A stretch of DNA of 64,000 nt, taken from Eubacteriales bacterium (GTDB lineage Bacteria; Bacillota; Clostridia; Oscillospirales; UBA644). Positions 27,803 to 37,212 of the stretch are shown one piece after another. The stretch spans positions 17,783 through 81,782 of the forward strand of contig JAZTWH010000026.1 in the NCBI GenBank assembly GCA_045635765.1. Direction: 5' to 3'. The stretch's first letter is position 1; each line of letters starts with the position of its first letter. The notes below the pieces were generated by a model, which worked only from the letters and a program-made list of their open reading frames with translations, was not told the DNA's origin and did not search any database. The position numbers and the translations under genes are program-made.

Positions 27803-28933
27803 TTACTTCCCGTTATAAATTCTTGGAATACGCTTTCCGATGCTGCACAGAATTTCGTAGTGGATGGTTTCTGCATAGGCTGCTAAATCTGCGGCGGAAA
27901 TAGTCTCATCTCCGCTTGTTCCGATGAGGGTGACCTCGTCCCCGAGACGGACGGGGATTCCGGTGACGTCGATCACGCATTGATCCATACAGACTCTCCC
28001 CAGGATCCTGGTTCGCCTCCCGTTGATCAGCACCGGTCCATTTCCCAAAGCCCGGTGGAGCCCGTCGCCGTATCCGATGCAGACGGTTGCCACGTCTAAG
28101 GGAACCTCCGTGCGGAAGGTACGGTTATAACTGACCGCGTCCCCCGGTTGAAGATGATGAATCTGGGCTATGTGGGCCTTCAGTTCTAAGGCCGGCTTCA
28201 GACCGAAATTCCCGGCAGAGGGATCGGGTGGGTAGCCGTAAAGAACAATCCCCGGCCGCACCATGTCTAAGTGCATTTTCGGATAGGAAAGGGTGGCTCC
28301 GCTATTGGCACAATGGCGTAACGGGAAGGTGACTGACCGATGTTGCAATTCTTCGATCACCTGCATGAACCGGGCAAATTGTTCGTCCGTGTGCGGAAGA
28401 TCCGGTTCGTCGGAGGAGGTAAAATGGGTGAAAATCCCCTCGTATTCCAGGGAGGGGGTTCGTTTCATGACGGAGGCAATGACCTTCGCCGTTTCTGCGG
28501 CGGAAGTTTCGTCGTGGGCATAAAATCCCAACCGGCTCATTCCCGTGTCGATTTTCAAATGAACCTTCAGCCGTTCTCCCGGAGCCAACTCCTTTTGAAG
28601 GGCCATAAGGTAATCCTCCTCAAAGGCGCACTGGGTCAGCCTCCAGCGGGCCAGCAGCCGTGCTTCCAGGGGAGAGGTGTACCCTAAGATCAGAATGGGA
28701 GTCTCGATTCCTTGTTCCCGCAGTTGAATTCCTTCGTCGGTGCAGGCAACTCCGAAATAGTCGCTGTCCCATAAGGTTCTTGCAACCTCCACAGCCCCGT
28801 GGCCGTATCCGTCTGCCTTTACTACGGACATCACTTTGCACCCCGGCCGAAGCAGGGATTTTACCGTATGAAAATTGTGGCGGATCGCAGACAGATCCAC
28901 GGAAGCAAAGGTACGGCAGCGTGATTGTTCCAT
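27803..28933 (-). CDS. alr: Alanine racemase
   Basis: 376 aa. PLP-lysine motif SVVKADGYGHG and C-terminal beta-domain. Confidence 0.92.
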   Translation of the reverse strand: MEQSRCRTFASVDLSAIRHNFHTVKSLLRPGCKVMSVVKADGYGHGAVEVARTLWDSDYFGVACTDEGIQLREQGIETPILILGYTSPLEARLLARWRLTQCAFEEDYLMALQKELAPGERLKVHLKIDTGMSRLGFYAHDETSAAETAKVIASVMKRTPSLEYEGIFTHFTSSDEPDLPHTDEQFARFMQVIEELQHRSVTFPLRHCANSGATLSYPKMHLDMVRPGIVLYGYPPDPSAGNFGLKPALELKAHIAQIHHLQPGDAVSYNRTFRTEVPLDVATVCIGYGDGLHRALGNGPVLINGRRTRILGRVCMDQCVIDVTGIPVRLGDEVTLIGTSGDETISAADLAAYAETIHYEILCSIGKRIPRIYNGK

Positions 28934-28945
28934 AAAATGAACTCC

Positions 28946-30415
28946 TTAGGCGATGGTTTCAAACTCTTTGAGAAGTTTTGCTACGGTCAGGGGAAGATCC
29001 GAAGGGAGAATCCCGTGTTCCGAAAGGTCTTGTTTCAGGCGGTCGGCGGCGGCTCCGTGGAGATAGACTCCGCAGATTGCCGCATCCCGGGCGGAATAGC
29101 CCTGGGCCAAAAAGGATGCGATCATCCCGGCCAGAACGTCTCCGCTTCCTCCCTTGGAAAGACCGGTGTTTCCGTTGAGGTTGATAAAGGCCCGGTCCCG
29201 GTCCGCAATAATGGTGTGATGCCCCTTCAAAACGACGGTGACGGGCCATTTGTCCAGGCATTTCTTGATGGATCCCAGGCGGTCGGATTCTACCCGGCCC
29301 ACCGAGGTTTGCAACAGTCGGGCAAATTCCGCCGGATGTGGAGTCAAAATAACCTCCGCCCCGGGGTTCTCCCGTAAAAAAGTATCCAATAATCCGGGAT
29401 TGTCCGCAATTAAATTGATGGCGTCTGCATCCAACAGAATAGATTTCCTTTGATTGAAGGCAAACTGTAAGGCCTTTTTATCCTTTCCCATTCCGCATCC
29501 GGCTAAGACGGCGGTGGCCTTTACGGTGCCCTTTCGTTCTACGAAGACCGGCTCGGCCAGCTTTGATTGCAGTACGGGGATAACCTGCCGGGGCAGAGCC
29601 AGGGTAAGCAGTCCCACGCCGCACCGCAGTGCTCCCAGGGCGGAAAGATAGGCGGCCCCGGTCATATTCTTCGATCCGCAGACCGAAAGCAAGGTCCCGA
29701 AGGTTCCCTTATGGGAATTCTCGGGCCGGGGATGGATCAAGCGTTTGACCGATTCCCCGTCGATCAATTCGATTCCGGGAGATTGGGCCAAGGCTTCTTT
29801 GGGAATTCCAATATCGCAAAGAACGACCTTTCCGCAAAAGTTTTTCCCGGGGTAAAGGAAAAAACATGGTTTATATGCGGCCAAAGTGACGGTGACCTTT
29901 GCCCGAAGTGCACCGTCGCAGACTTTGCCGTCGTCACAGCTGACTCCCGAGGGAACGTCGCAGGCCACGGTGGCTTTGTTCCCGATTCCGTCAAAGATTT
30001 CTTTGACGTGGGTGGGCAATTCCCCTTTAAATCCCGTGCCGTAGACGCAGTCGACGATCAAGTCCGAGTCCCGGGCGGAAGAAAGGATTTCTTCCTTCTG
30101 CTCTATTACAAGAGATGGGGGGACGGTTCGGAACATGACTGCGGCGTCGGGGGAAAATTCCCTTCCGCACAGGAGGGCTACCGTGACCGAGTACCCCATT
30201 TCCTTCAGGATTCGTGCCGCCGCAAAGCCGTCTCCGCCGTTGTTTCCCTTCCCACAGAGGAACAAGACCTCTGCCGGGGGAGCGGCCAGCTTCGTGCAGT
30301 GCTTGGTCAGGGCCAAGGCAGCTTTGCTCATCAGCGTCAGGGTGGGAATATTCAGTTTTTGTTCGCAGTATCCGTCGGCGTTTCGCATCTGACGGGAGGT
30401 ATAAACCAATCTCAT
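28946..30415 (-). CDS. nnr: Bifunctional NAD(P)H-hydrate repair enzyme (epimerase + ADP-dependent dehydratase)
   Basis: 489 aa. N-terminal YjeF_N motif GKGNNGGDG and C-terminal carbohydrate-kinase motif GGSGDVLAG. Confidence 0.88.
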   Translation of the reverse strand: MRLVYTSRQMRNADGYCEQKLNIPTLTLMSKAALALTKHCTKLAAPPAEVLFLCGKGNNGGDGFAAARILKEMGYSVTVALLCGREFSPDAAVMFRTVPPSLVIEQKEEILSSARDSDLIVDCVYGTGFKGELPTHVKEIFDGIGNKATVACDVPSGVSCDDGKVCDGALRAKVTVTLAAYKPCFFLYPGKNFCGKVVLCDIGIPKEALAQSPGIELIDGESVKRLIHPRPENSHKGTFGTLLSVCGSKNMTGAAYLSALGALRCGVGLLTLALPRQVIPVLQSKLAEPVFVERKGTVKATAVLAGCGMGKDKKALQFAFNQRKSILLDADAINLIADNPGLLDTFLRENPGAEVILTPHPAEFARLLQTSVGRVESDRLGSIKKCLDKWPVTVVLKGHHTIIADRDRAFINLNGNTGLSKGGSGDVLAGMIASFLAQGYSARDAAICGVYLHGAAADRLKQDLSEHGILPSDLPLTVAKLLKEFETIA

Positions 30416-30439
30416 CTGCTTTGACGTCCTTTCGACCGA

Positions 30440-30967
30440 TCAGCCTTCAAAGGGAACCTGAACTCTTCGCTTCATGTCGTCCAGGATTTCTTTTTTTGGC
30501 TCCCAGATCAGTAGAACGTTCCCCATTTGCCGGTGACGGAGGGTAAGGTAGCACAAGGTATGCTCCGTGGCGTAGCCGGAGGTCACATCGATGACCTTAT
30601 CAAAGGGGACGTTGGATTTTATGGACTCCCGATAGACCCCAAACCGGGTCACGTCGGCGGCCTTGATGGAAATGATCCGCTTGCGGGAGGATTTCGCCGT
30701 GATGCAGTCAAAATCAATATCTCCGTTGAAGTAGAGATATTCGTACTCCTTATCAAACTGCTGAAACCATTGATATTTAAAGGAAAAATAGGCGAGGATC
30801 ACCACGATCATCGTTCCGGTCATCAGTCCGAAGCGATCGGACAAGGCGGAGAAAATCAAGATGATGGCCACGGAACCTGCCACGCAACCGACAAAGACCA
30901 GGATCTGCAGCAGTCGCTCCAAGGGCGATTTGCGTTTGCGGTAAAGTTGTTCGGTATAAAGATCCAT
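30440..30967 (-). CDS. Hypothetical membrane protein (2 TM plus soluble C-terminal domain)
   Basis: 175-aa ORF with good spacing from its neighbours. No family recognised. Confidence 0.5.
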   Translation of the reverse strand: MDLYTEQLYRKRKSPLERLLQILVFVGCVAGSVAIILIFSALSDRFGLMTGTMIVVILAYFSFKYQWFQQFDKEYEYLYFNGDIDFDCITAKSSRKRIISIKAADVTRFGVYRESIKSNVPFDKVIDVTSGYATEHTLCYLTLRHRQMGNVLLIWEPKKEILDDMKRRVQVPFEG

Positions 30968-30978
30968 AACTTCTCCTT

Positions 30979-31230
30979 TTAACGCAAGCCCAGATAGGCC
31001 TTGACCAATTGATGCAGCATTTCGTCTCGGTCAAATTTGCGAATCAGGGAACGGGCACCGTTGTGACTGGTGATATAGGTGGGATCTTCGGAGAGAAGGT
31101 ACCCCACGATTTGGTTCAAAGGATCATATCCCTTTTCCACCAACGCATCGTAGACGGCGGTGAGGGTCCGCTTCATTTCATCGTCCTTTTGATTCTTCAG
31201 GGAAAAGGTAATCGTATTGTGATCTGCCAT
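30979..31230 (-). CDS. ireB: IreB-family (UPF0297) regulatory phosphoprotein
   Basis: 83 aa from MADHNTITF. Conserved [38 protein letters not shown]. Confidence 0.75.
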   Translation of the reverse strand: MADHNTITFSLKNQKDDEMKRTLTAVYDALVEKGYDPLNQIVGYLLSEDPTYITSHNGARSLIRKFDRDEMLHQLVKAYLGLR

Positions 31231-31268
31231 GGCAGTAAAGCTCCTTTCAGGCAAATGGTATCATGAAT

Positions 31269-33653
31269 TTATTTTCTCAGGGTAATGCCGTCCTTCTCCA
31301 GGGTTTCCAAAATGGTATTGACGACGGGATCAATGTCTCCGTCGGTGAGAGTCTTTTGGGGATCCCGCAGGGTCAGGGAGTAGGCAATGCTCTTTTTTCC
31401 TTCGCCCAGGGTGGCACTGCGGTAAACGTCGAAGGCACAGACGTCCTCAAGGATTTCTCCGGCAACAGCCCGGATCTTGCGTTCAATTTCTCCGGAAAGG
31501 ACGGTCTCGTCGCAGACCAATGCCAGGTCTCGGGTAACGGCCGGGAATTTGGGCAGGGGCTTATACCCCTTCTTCCCGTCAGCCCGGGCAAACAGGTCCT
31601 TCAGGGACAGTTCTGCGGCGTAGACCTCCCCGGCCAGTTCAAAATTCTTCACGGTTGCCGGATGCAATTGACCGAATACGCCCAAATCCGTATCTCCGGC
31701 TTTGATCTTGGCGGTGCGGCCGGGATGATAGGAGGGATTGGTCTTGCAGGGCAGGAAGGAAACGTCTCCCACGCCCATAGTCCCAAGAACCTCCTCCAGG
31801 CGGCCCTTCATTTCGTAGAAATCCATGCCGTCTCCGTAGGCACCCAGGGTAACGATCTTCGGTTCCTCGGGGAGTTTGCTTTCTTCGGCGTTTTTCCGAT
31901 AAACGGTGGCCACCTCGTACAAATGGGCGGCAGGAATTCGGTTGTTGTAGTTGTTTGCCAGCACTTCCAGCATCGAGGGGAGAGCCGTGGTCCGCATGAC
32001 GGAGGTGTCTTCTCCCAGGGGATTTTTGATTCGCAGACAGTTGCGTTTTTCGTCCTCTTGGGAAAGAAGGATCTTATCCAATCCTTTGGGAGAGACGAAG
32101 GAGTAGGTTTCGATTTCGCTGAATCCCACGGAGCGAAGGGCAATGCGGAGATTCCGTTCAAATTTCTGCTCCTCGGTCAGGCCGCCGGATTTGATGTCGG
32201 CGGAAAAGGAGAAGGAGGGAATGTTATCATAGCCGTAAAACCGAGCCACTTCCTCCGAAAGATCGTATTTGTTCTCCACGTCGGACCGGAAGGAGGGTAC
32301 GGTTACCGTTCCCGTAGAAAGATCCACGGAAAATCCCACCCGTTCCAGCAATTCCTTGATCATTTCGTCGGTGGCGTTGACGTTGACGTAGTTGCGGATC
32401 CAGTCCCCTTCCAGGGGAATACGCCGGGGCTCCTTGTTGCTGAAATCTTCGTCAATTACGTTGGGGGAGACCTTTCCGGCCCCCAGCAGTTCTACCAGTT
32501 CGCAGGCCCGATTGAGGGCAGATACGGTCATTTGAGGGTCAATGTTTTTTTCAAAGTGGGCCGAGGCCTCGGTACGCATGCCCAGCTTTTTTGCGGTACG
32601 GCGGACGGAGGGCCCGAAGAAATTGGCAGATTCAAAGACCACGGTGACGGTGTCTTCCGTAATCTCGCTGTTGGCTCCTCCCATAACTCCGGCCACGGCC
32701 ACGGGCTTTCTGTCGTCGGCAATGACCAGCATCTCGGGATCCAGCGTCCGCCCCTGGTCGTCTAGGGTTCGGATAACTTCCCCGTCCTTGGCTCTGCGGA
32801 CGGTGATGTGTCCGCCGTCGAGACAGGCGTAGTTAAAGGCGTGCATGGGTTGTCCGTATTCCATCATCACGTAGTTGGTGATGTCAACGATGTTGTTGAT
32901 AGAACGGATTCCGCAGGCCCGAAGGCGTTCGACCATCCACATGGGGGAAGGTCCGATCTTTACGTCGGTGACGATCCGGGCGGAATACCGGGGGCACAGG
33001 TCTTTATCTGCAACGGTGACCTTCAGGTATTTTGTCGCATCTTCCCCTTCGCCTTTTACCGTCGGTTCCTTTACCGTCAGGGGAAGGCGGAAGGTTCCGG
33101 CCGCTTCTCTGGCAACGCCGATCATGGAGAGACAGTCGGGGCGGTTGGTCATAATGTCCGCTTCAAATACGGTATCGTCCAGCCCCAGCTGTTCCCGGAT
33201 GTCCCGTCCTACGGTCCCTTCCTTGAGGATCAACAGTCCGTCGGAAATGGCGTCGGGATAGTCGTTGACCGTTAATCCCAATTCTTCCACCCCGCAGAAC
33301 ATTCCGTTGGAGACCACGCCCCGGAGCTTGCCCCGTTCGATCTTGGTCCCGTCGGGAAGGGTGGATTTGTGCTTTGCTAAGGGGACCAGGTCCCCCACCT
33401 TCATATTCTTAGCTCCCGTGACGATTTGAAGGGGCTCTTCTTCTCCTGCGTCTACCATGCAGACCACCAGTTTGTCCGCATTTGGGTGCTGTTCGATGGA
33501 CAGAATTTTGCAGACCACCACGTTGGAGATCCCTTCGTCCATCCGGCGGAAGCCCTTGATCTCGGTTCCCGTCATATTTAATTCGTGGGCAACGGTCTTG
33601 TCCGGTGCATCCACGGGGGTGTATTCTTTCAGCCAGCGATAGGATACGTTCAT
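31269..33653 (-). CDS. pheT: Phenylalanine--tRNA ligase beta subunit
   Basis: 794 aa. N-terminal tRNA-binding domain (HPNADKL), B3/4, B5 and C-terminal FDX-ACB regions. Follows pheS. Confidence 0.93.
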   Translation of the reverse strand: MNVSYRWLKEYTPVDAPDKTVAHELNMTGTEIKGFRRMDEGISNVVVCKILSIEQHPNADKLVVCMVDAGEEEPLQIVTGAKNMKVGDLVPLAKHKSTLPDGTKIERGKLRGVVSNGMFCGVEELGLTVNDYPDAISDGLLILKEGTVGRDIREQLGLDDTVFEADIMTNRPDCLSMIGVAREAAGTFRLPLTVKEPTVKGEGEDATKYLKVTVADKDLCPRYSARIVTDVKIGPSPMWMVERLRACGIRSINNIVDITNYVMMEYGQPMHAFNYACLDGGHITVRRAKDGEVIRTLDDQGRTLDPEMLVIADDRKPVAVAGVMGGANSEITEDTVTVVFESANFFGPSVRRTAKKLGMRTEASAHFEKNIDPQMTVSALNRACELVELLGAGKVSPNVIDEDFSNKEPRRIPLEGDWIRNYVNVNATDEMIKELLERVGFSVDLSTGTVTVPSFRSDVENKYDLSEEVARFYGYDNIPSFSFSADIKSGGLTEEQKFERNLRIALRSVGFSEIETYSFVSPKGLDKILLSQEDEKRNCLRIKNPLGEDTSVMRTTALPSMLEVLANNYNNRIPAAHLYEVATVYRKNAEESKLPEEPKIVTLGAYGDGMDFYEMKGRLEEVLGTMGVGDVSFLPCKTNPSYHPGRTAKIKAGDTDLGVFGQLHPATVKNFELAGEVYAAELSLKDLFARADGKKGYKPLPKFPAVTRDLALVCDETVLSGEIERKIRAVAGEILEDVCAFDVYRSATLGEGKKSIAYSLTLRDPQKTLTDGDIDPVVNTILETLEKDGITLRK

Positions 33654-33677
33654 GTTAAATTCCCTTCTTTCGTCCCA

Positions 33678-34697
33678 TTAAAACATATTCAGGAAGCGGA
33701 CGTCGTTGTCGTAGAACATCCGAATATCGTCCACGCCGTAACGGCCCATAACCAGCCGTTCCAGCCCCATGCCGAAGGCAAAGCCGGAATAGACGTCGGG
33801 ATCGATTCCGCAATGGGCCAGAACCTTGGGGTTGACCATGCCGGCACCGCCGATTTCGATCCATCCTTCGTTTTTGCAGAATTTACAACCCTCTCCGCCG
33901 CACTTGAAGCAGGAGATGGAGATTTCCGCAGAGGGCTCCGTAAAGGGAAAGAAGTCGGGCCGGATCCGGGTCTTGGTTTCGGGCCCGAAGAGTTTCTTGG
34001 AGATCAATTCCAGGGATCCCTTCAGATGAGCCATGGTAATACCCTTGTCCACCACAAGTCCTTCAATCTGATGGAAAATGGGAGAGTGGGTGGCGTCTAC
34101 CTCGTCAATCCGAAATACCCGGCCGGGGGAAATAACCCGGATGGGGGGCTGGGTCTGCTCCATGACCCGGACCTGTACCGAGGAGGTTTGGGTCCGCAGC
34201 AGCATCTCGGGAGAGAAATAGAAGGTATCCTGGGTGTCTCTCGCCGGATGGTCCTGAGGAATGTTCAGGGCTTCAAAGTTATAGTAATCGTACTCCACTT
34301 CCGGGCCGGAAGCAATGGAAAAGCCCATGCTGATAAAGGCATCTTTGATCTCGTCCAATACCAGATTTAGGGGATGCTGCTTGCCGACGGTCCGCTTTTT
34401 CCCGGGGAGGGTTACGTCCAAGGCTTCTTGTTCCAGCCGGCGGTTCAGTTCTTCTTGCTCCAAAATCGCCTTTTTGGTGCGGATTCCCGCATCAATGAAG
34501 GTTCTCACCTCGTTTGCGATCTGTCCGATGACGGGGCGTTCCTCGGGGGTAAGCTTCCCCATCTGGGATAAGAGGGCCGTAAGCTCCCCCTTCTTTCCGG
34601 CAAAGCGAACCCGAACCGCTTCCAGTTCTTCCGAAGTTCCGGCCGCTTTCAGGGCTTCCTCGGCCCTTTTTTTCACTGCGTAGAGTTGTTCTTTCAT
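33678..34697 (-). CDS. pheS: Phenylalanine--tRNA ligase alpha subunit
   Basis: 339 aa. Class II motif 2 (FRIDEVDATHSPIFHQIEG) and motif 3 (GFAFGMGLERL). Confidence 0.93.
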   Translation of the reverse strand: MKEQLYAVKKRAEEALKAAGTSEELEAVRVRFAGKKGELTALLSQMGKLTPEERPVIGQIANEVRTFIDAGIRTKKAILEQEELNRRLEQEALDVTLPGKKRTVGKQHPLNLVLDEIKDAFISMGFSIASGPEVEYDYYNFEALNIPQDHPARDTQDTFYFSPEMLLRTQTSSVQVRVMEQTQPPIRVISPGRVFRIDEVDATHSPIFHQIEGLVVDKGITMAHLKGSLELISKKLFGPETKTRIRPDFFPFTEPSAEISISCFKCGGEGCKFCKNEGWIEIGGAGMVNPKVLAHCGIDPDVYSGFAFGMGLERLVMGRYGVDDIRMFYDNDVRFLNMF

Positions 34698-34754
34698 GTT
34701 ATGTCACCTTTTATTTTCGCACTCGCGTGCGGCGATTTATTTAATTTATTTTAT

Positions 34755-34783
34755 ATTATAACATAACCCGAAGAAAAAAGCAA
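34755..34783 (-). promoter_or_regulatory. Sigma-A-type promoter for pheS-pheT
   Basis: Minus strand reads TTGCTT-17 bp-TATAAT. The leader is only ~55 nt. Confidence 0.6.
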
Positions 34784-34822
34784 GGTGCAAGCCGTACTTT
34801 TTTATGACAATTCATCGGATTT

Positions 34823-34924
34823 TTCTCACATCAACGCTGCACACATGGTCAAAAGCCCTCGGAGCGTAAGATGATTCTCACGTCAACGCCGCACACATGG
34901 TCAAAAGGTCCCGGAGCTTGAGAT
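34823..34924 (-). repeat. 52-bp tandem duplication of the 3' end (including the stop) of the M14-like gene
   Basis: 34875..34924 (CDS end, ...LLTMCAALT*) versus 34823..34872 (would read ...LLTMCAALM*). About 43 of 50 positions are identical. Confidence 0.85.
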
Positions 34925-35654
34925 AATTCTTTTGATCTTCCTCGGGAAGACGCAGCTCTACGGTCTTAATCCCCCGGTCGGTCAGCCATTGCAGAGCCGT
35001 TCCGTCGGTGTCTTGGGCGGGGGAGACGGGAAGGGAGGCGTATTGACCCAAGAAAACAGCTTCCCGAAGCTCCTTGGGCGTGGCCTTTTCGGGATAATGC
35101 AACGCCCTTTCTCCCCATCGAAGAAGGACGGCTCCGGCGGGAGGATTTTGCCGGATCCGGGCGGTCAAAGCTCTGACCTCCGGCTCGCTTTCGGGGAAGG
35201 GGCCCAAATCCGTTCTTTGAGGGTCTGCAGTTCTCATTTTGATCCAGTTTGCATTAAAGTTTCGGTTTAAATCTATGCCTCTTGCATTGGTGTGCATAAG
35301 AGAATGTTTTGTTGAGTTTTTCAGTAAATTTTGGTTTTCTATTAAACCGTTTTGGTTTATATTAAAAGCGTCTGGATTTAAGACGGGAATCAGTCGGATT
35401 TTGCATTTGTTTTTTAAAATTTTAAGGTCAAAATCTCCCAAAATTCCCCCGTAATATTCTCCTTCCGCCAAATGGTGCCGGAAGCGGAAAAGCATCTCGG
35501 ACAGGGGACGGTCTTGGGGGGTAAATCCCGAGAGAAACAGAATCGATTTGTCCCGGTCTCCCCAGGGATACTCTTCCAGTGCCTTTCCCGAGAGGGTGCG
35601 ACCGAAAACGATAGGCGGTTCCGTCGGATATATTTCCTGAAAATTCATTTCCAT
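34878..35654 (-). CDS. M14 (zinc carboxypeptidase)-like protein apparently lacking the zinc ligands
   Basis: 258 aa. M14-type NPD..N and NARGIDLNRNF motifs are present. The HxxE region reads SGFTPQD, and the third-ligand His position reads LLRWGE. Confidence 0.55.
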   Translation of the reverse strand: MEMNFQEIYPTEPPIVFGRTLSGKALEEYPWGDRDKSILFLSGFTPQDRPLSEMLFRFRHHLAEGEYYGGILGDFDLKILKNKCKIRLIPVLNPDAFNINQNGLIENQNLLKNSTKHSLMHTNARGIDLNRNFNANWIKMRTADPQRTDLGPFPESEPEVRALTARIRQNPPAGAVLLRWGERALHYPEKATPKELREAVFLGQYASLPVSPAQDTDGTALQWLTDRGIKTVELRLPEEDQKNYLKLRDLLTMCAALT

Positions 35655-35710
35655 GACAGTTCCTCCAAAAGGTTTTTAGAATAAATTTTCGAAAAAATTG
35701 CGAACACGTA

Positions 35711-35739
35711 TTTACAAACCGAAAAAGTTGTGATATAAT
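35711..35739 (+). promoter_or_regulatory. Sigma-A-type promoter for the NUDIX gene (and possibly lexA)
   Basis: TTTACA-17 bp-TATAAT. Confidence 0.55.
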
Positions 35740-35758
35740 TGAAGCAGAATCAGACGGA

Positions 35759-36313
35759 ATGGGGTGTGGTCCCGCAATGGCCCAGAGGAAGGTTTGGGAG
35801 TCTTTTCGGAAATACGAAGGAAAAATCCTTTCGGTCCGACTGGACGTGGTGGAGATGGAGGACGGGTCCCGTGCTCCCCGAGAGGTGGTGGAGCATAAGC
35901 CCGCCGTCAGCGTCCTTCCCATGGACGGGGAGGGGAACGTTTATTTGGTCCGTCAGTACCGTCATGCCGTGGGCAGAGACATGGTCGAGGCTCCCGCCGG
36001 CTTGATGGAATCGGGGGAAACTCCCGAGCAGGCGGCTCTGCGGGAGCTGAGAGAAGAGACCGGGATCCTCGGTTCGGTTACCGCCGTCGGAGAGTATCTT
36101 CCTACTCCGGGCTACTGTGAAGAGGTGATTCACCTTTTCCTTGCAAAAACCGAATCTTTTGGCAAAACTGACCCCGATGAGGATGAATTTGTCCAGACGG
36201 TAAAACTCCCCTTTGACGAATTTTACCGGCAGGTCTGTCAGGGGCGGATCCAAGACGGAAAAACCGTTGCCCTGGCATTGCACGCAAAGGAAGCGTACGC
36301 AAAGCCCATGTAA
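35759..36313 (+). CDS. NUDIX hydrolase (ADP-ribose pyrophosphatase-like)
   Basis: Nudix box GLMESGETPEQAALRELREETG. An alternative start is ATG 35777. Confidence 0.8.
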   Translation: MGCGPAMAQRKVWESFRKYEGKILSVRLDVVEMEDGSRAPREVVEHKPAVSVLPMDGEGNVYLVRQYRHAVGRDMVEAPAGLMESGETPEQAALRELREETGILGSVTAVGEYLPTPGYCEEVIHLFLAKTESFGKTDPDEDEFVQTVKLPFDEFYRQVCQGRIQDGKTVALALHAKEAYAKPM

Positions 36314-36375
36314 AACCCACGGGAACGAGGGGGAAGCGTAGTCGAAACGTACAACGAAACGTAAGGAGAACAGGT

Positions 36376-36981
36376 ATGTCAAAACGAGACGAAAAACGGG
36401 CGGAGATCCTGGAATTTGTTACGAACAAGGTGACGGAAGAGGGATATGTTCCTTCGGTCCGGGAGATCTGCAAGGCCGTAGGCCTTTCTTCTCCGGCGAC
36501 GGTTCATTACCATTTGAACCAGTTGTGTGAGGAGGGGTTGATCTCAAAGGAGCCCAACAAGAAACGAGTGATTCGTCTGACAAACCAACAGACGGGAGGT
36601 TCTTTCGTGAAAATTCCCGTGGTGGGACGGGTGACCGCCGGGCTCCCCATCCTTGCCCAGGAGGATATCGAGGATTATATTCAGGTCCCCGCGGAGCAGA
36701 TTCGGGGCCGGGAAACCTTTGCCCTTACAGTTCGGGGGGACAGTATGATCAAGGCCGGCATTTTGGACGGAGATATCATTATTGTCCTTCGTACCCCGGT
36801 GGCGGAGGACGGTCAGATCGTCGTCGCGTTGCTGGGAGATGAGGCCACCGTCAAGCGGTTTTACCGGGACGGACGCCGGATCCGCCTCCAGCCGGAGAAC
36901 GACGCCTACGCACCCATCTATGCCGATGAGGTTCAGATCTTGGGAAAGGTCATTGCCCTCCACCGATACGAAATTTCATAA
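36376..36981 (+). CDS. lexA: LexA repressor
   Basis: 201 aa. N-terminal wHTH (PSVREICKAVGLSSPATVHYHL) and S24 peptidase motifs VRGDSM and ATVKRF. Confidence 0.92.
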   Translation: MSKRDEKRAEILEFVTNKVTEEGYVPSVREICKAVGLSSPATVHYHLNQLCEEGLISKEPNKKRVIRLTNQQTGGSFVKIPVVGRVTAGLPILAQEDIEDYIQVPAEQIRGRETFALTVRGDSMIKAGILDGDIIIVLRTPVAEDGQIVVALLGDEATVKRFYRDGRRIRLQPENDAYAPIYADEVQILGKVIALHRYEIS

Positions 36982-36988
36982 ATTCAGC

Positions 36989-37028
36989 ATTTCCTCCGAA
37001 CAACCTATGTTTCGGAGGAAATTTTTAT
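36989..37028 (+). terminator. Intrinsic terminator after lexA
   Basis: atttcctccgaa caacctatgt ttcggaggaaat forms a 12-bp stem, followed by TTTTAT. A second weak hairpin plus T6 lies at 37047..37069. Confidence 0.8.
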
Positions 37029-37087
37029 GCGAAATTCTTCCGTTCTGCATGCGAGTGCGTGCGTTTTTTGATTATAATATAAGGGAA

Positions 37088-37105
37088 TTCGTAATTATTT
37101 TACAA
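37088..37105 (+). promoter_or_regulatory. Candidate Rex-type operator upstream of the hydrogenase promoter
   Basis: TTCGTAATTATTTTACAA versus the remembered clostridial Rex consensus TTGTTAA-N4-TTAACAA gives 11 of 14 specified positions, with a GTAA...TTAC inverted core. Confidence 0.25.
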
Positions 37106-37113
37106 AATACCCC

Positions 37114-37142
37114 TTTACTTCCCTCGAAAACTATGCTATAAT
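37114..37142 (+). promoter_or_regulatory. Sigma-A-type extended -10 promoter of the hydrogenase operon
   Basis: TTTACT-17 bp-TATAAT with TGc immediately upstream of the -10. Confidence 0.6.
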
Positions 37143-37212
37143 AAATCGTAGTATTCTGTCCTTGGAGACAGTCTGCTATCAGCAAAAACAAACCAAGAGA
37201 GGAAGTAACATT

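Noticed and set aside
31263-32765. 500-aa plus-strand ORF
   Set aside because: It is antisense to pheT, with no RBS or motifs. Shadow ORF.
35701-35716. Candidate LexA/SOS box CGAACACGTATTTAC overlapping the -35 of the NUDIX(-lexA) promoter, and the direct repeat CGAAACGTA..CGAAACGTA at 36343..36365
   Set aside because: Only the GAAC half-site matches the Firmicute CGAAC-N4-GTTCG consensus; the second half is ATTT. The 36343 element is a direct repeat, not an inverted one. Neither is strong enough to call.
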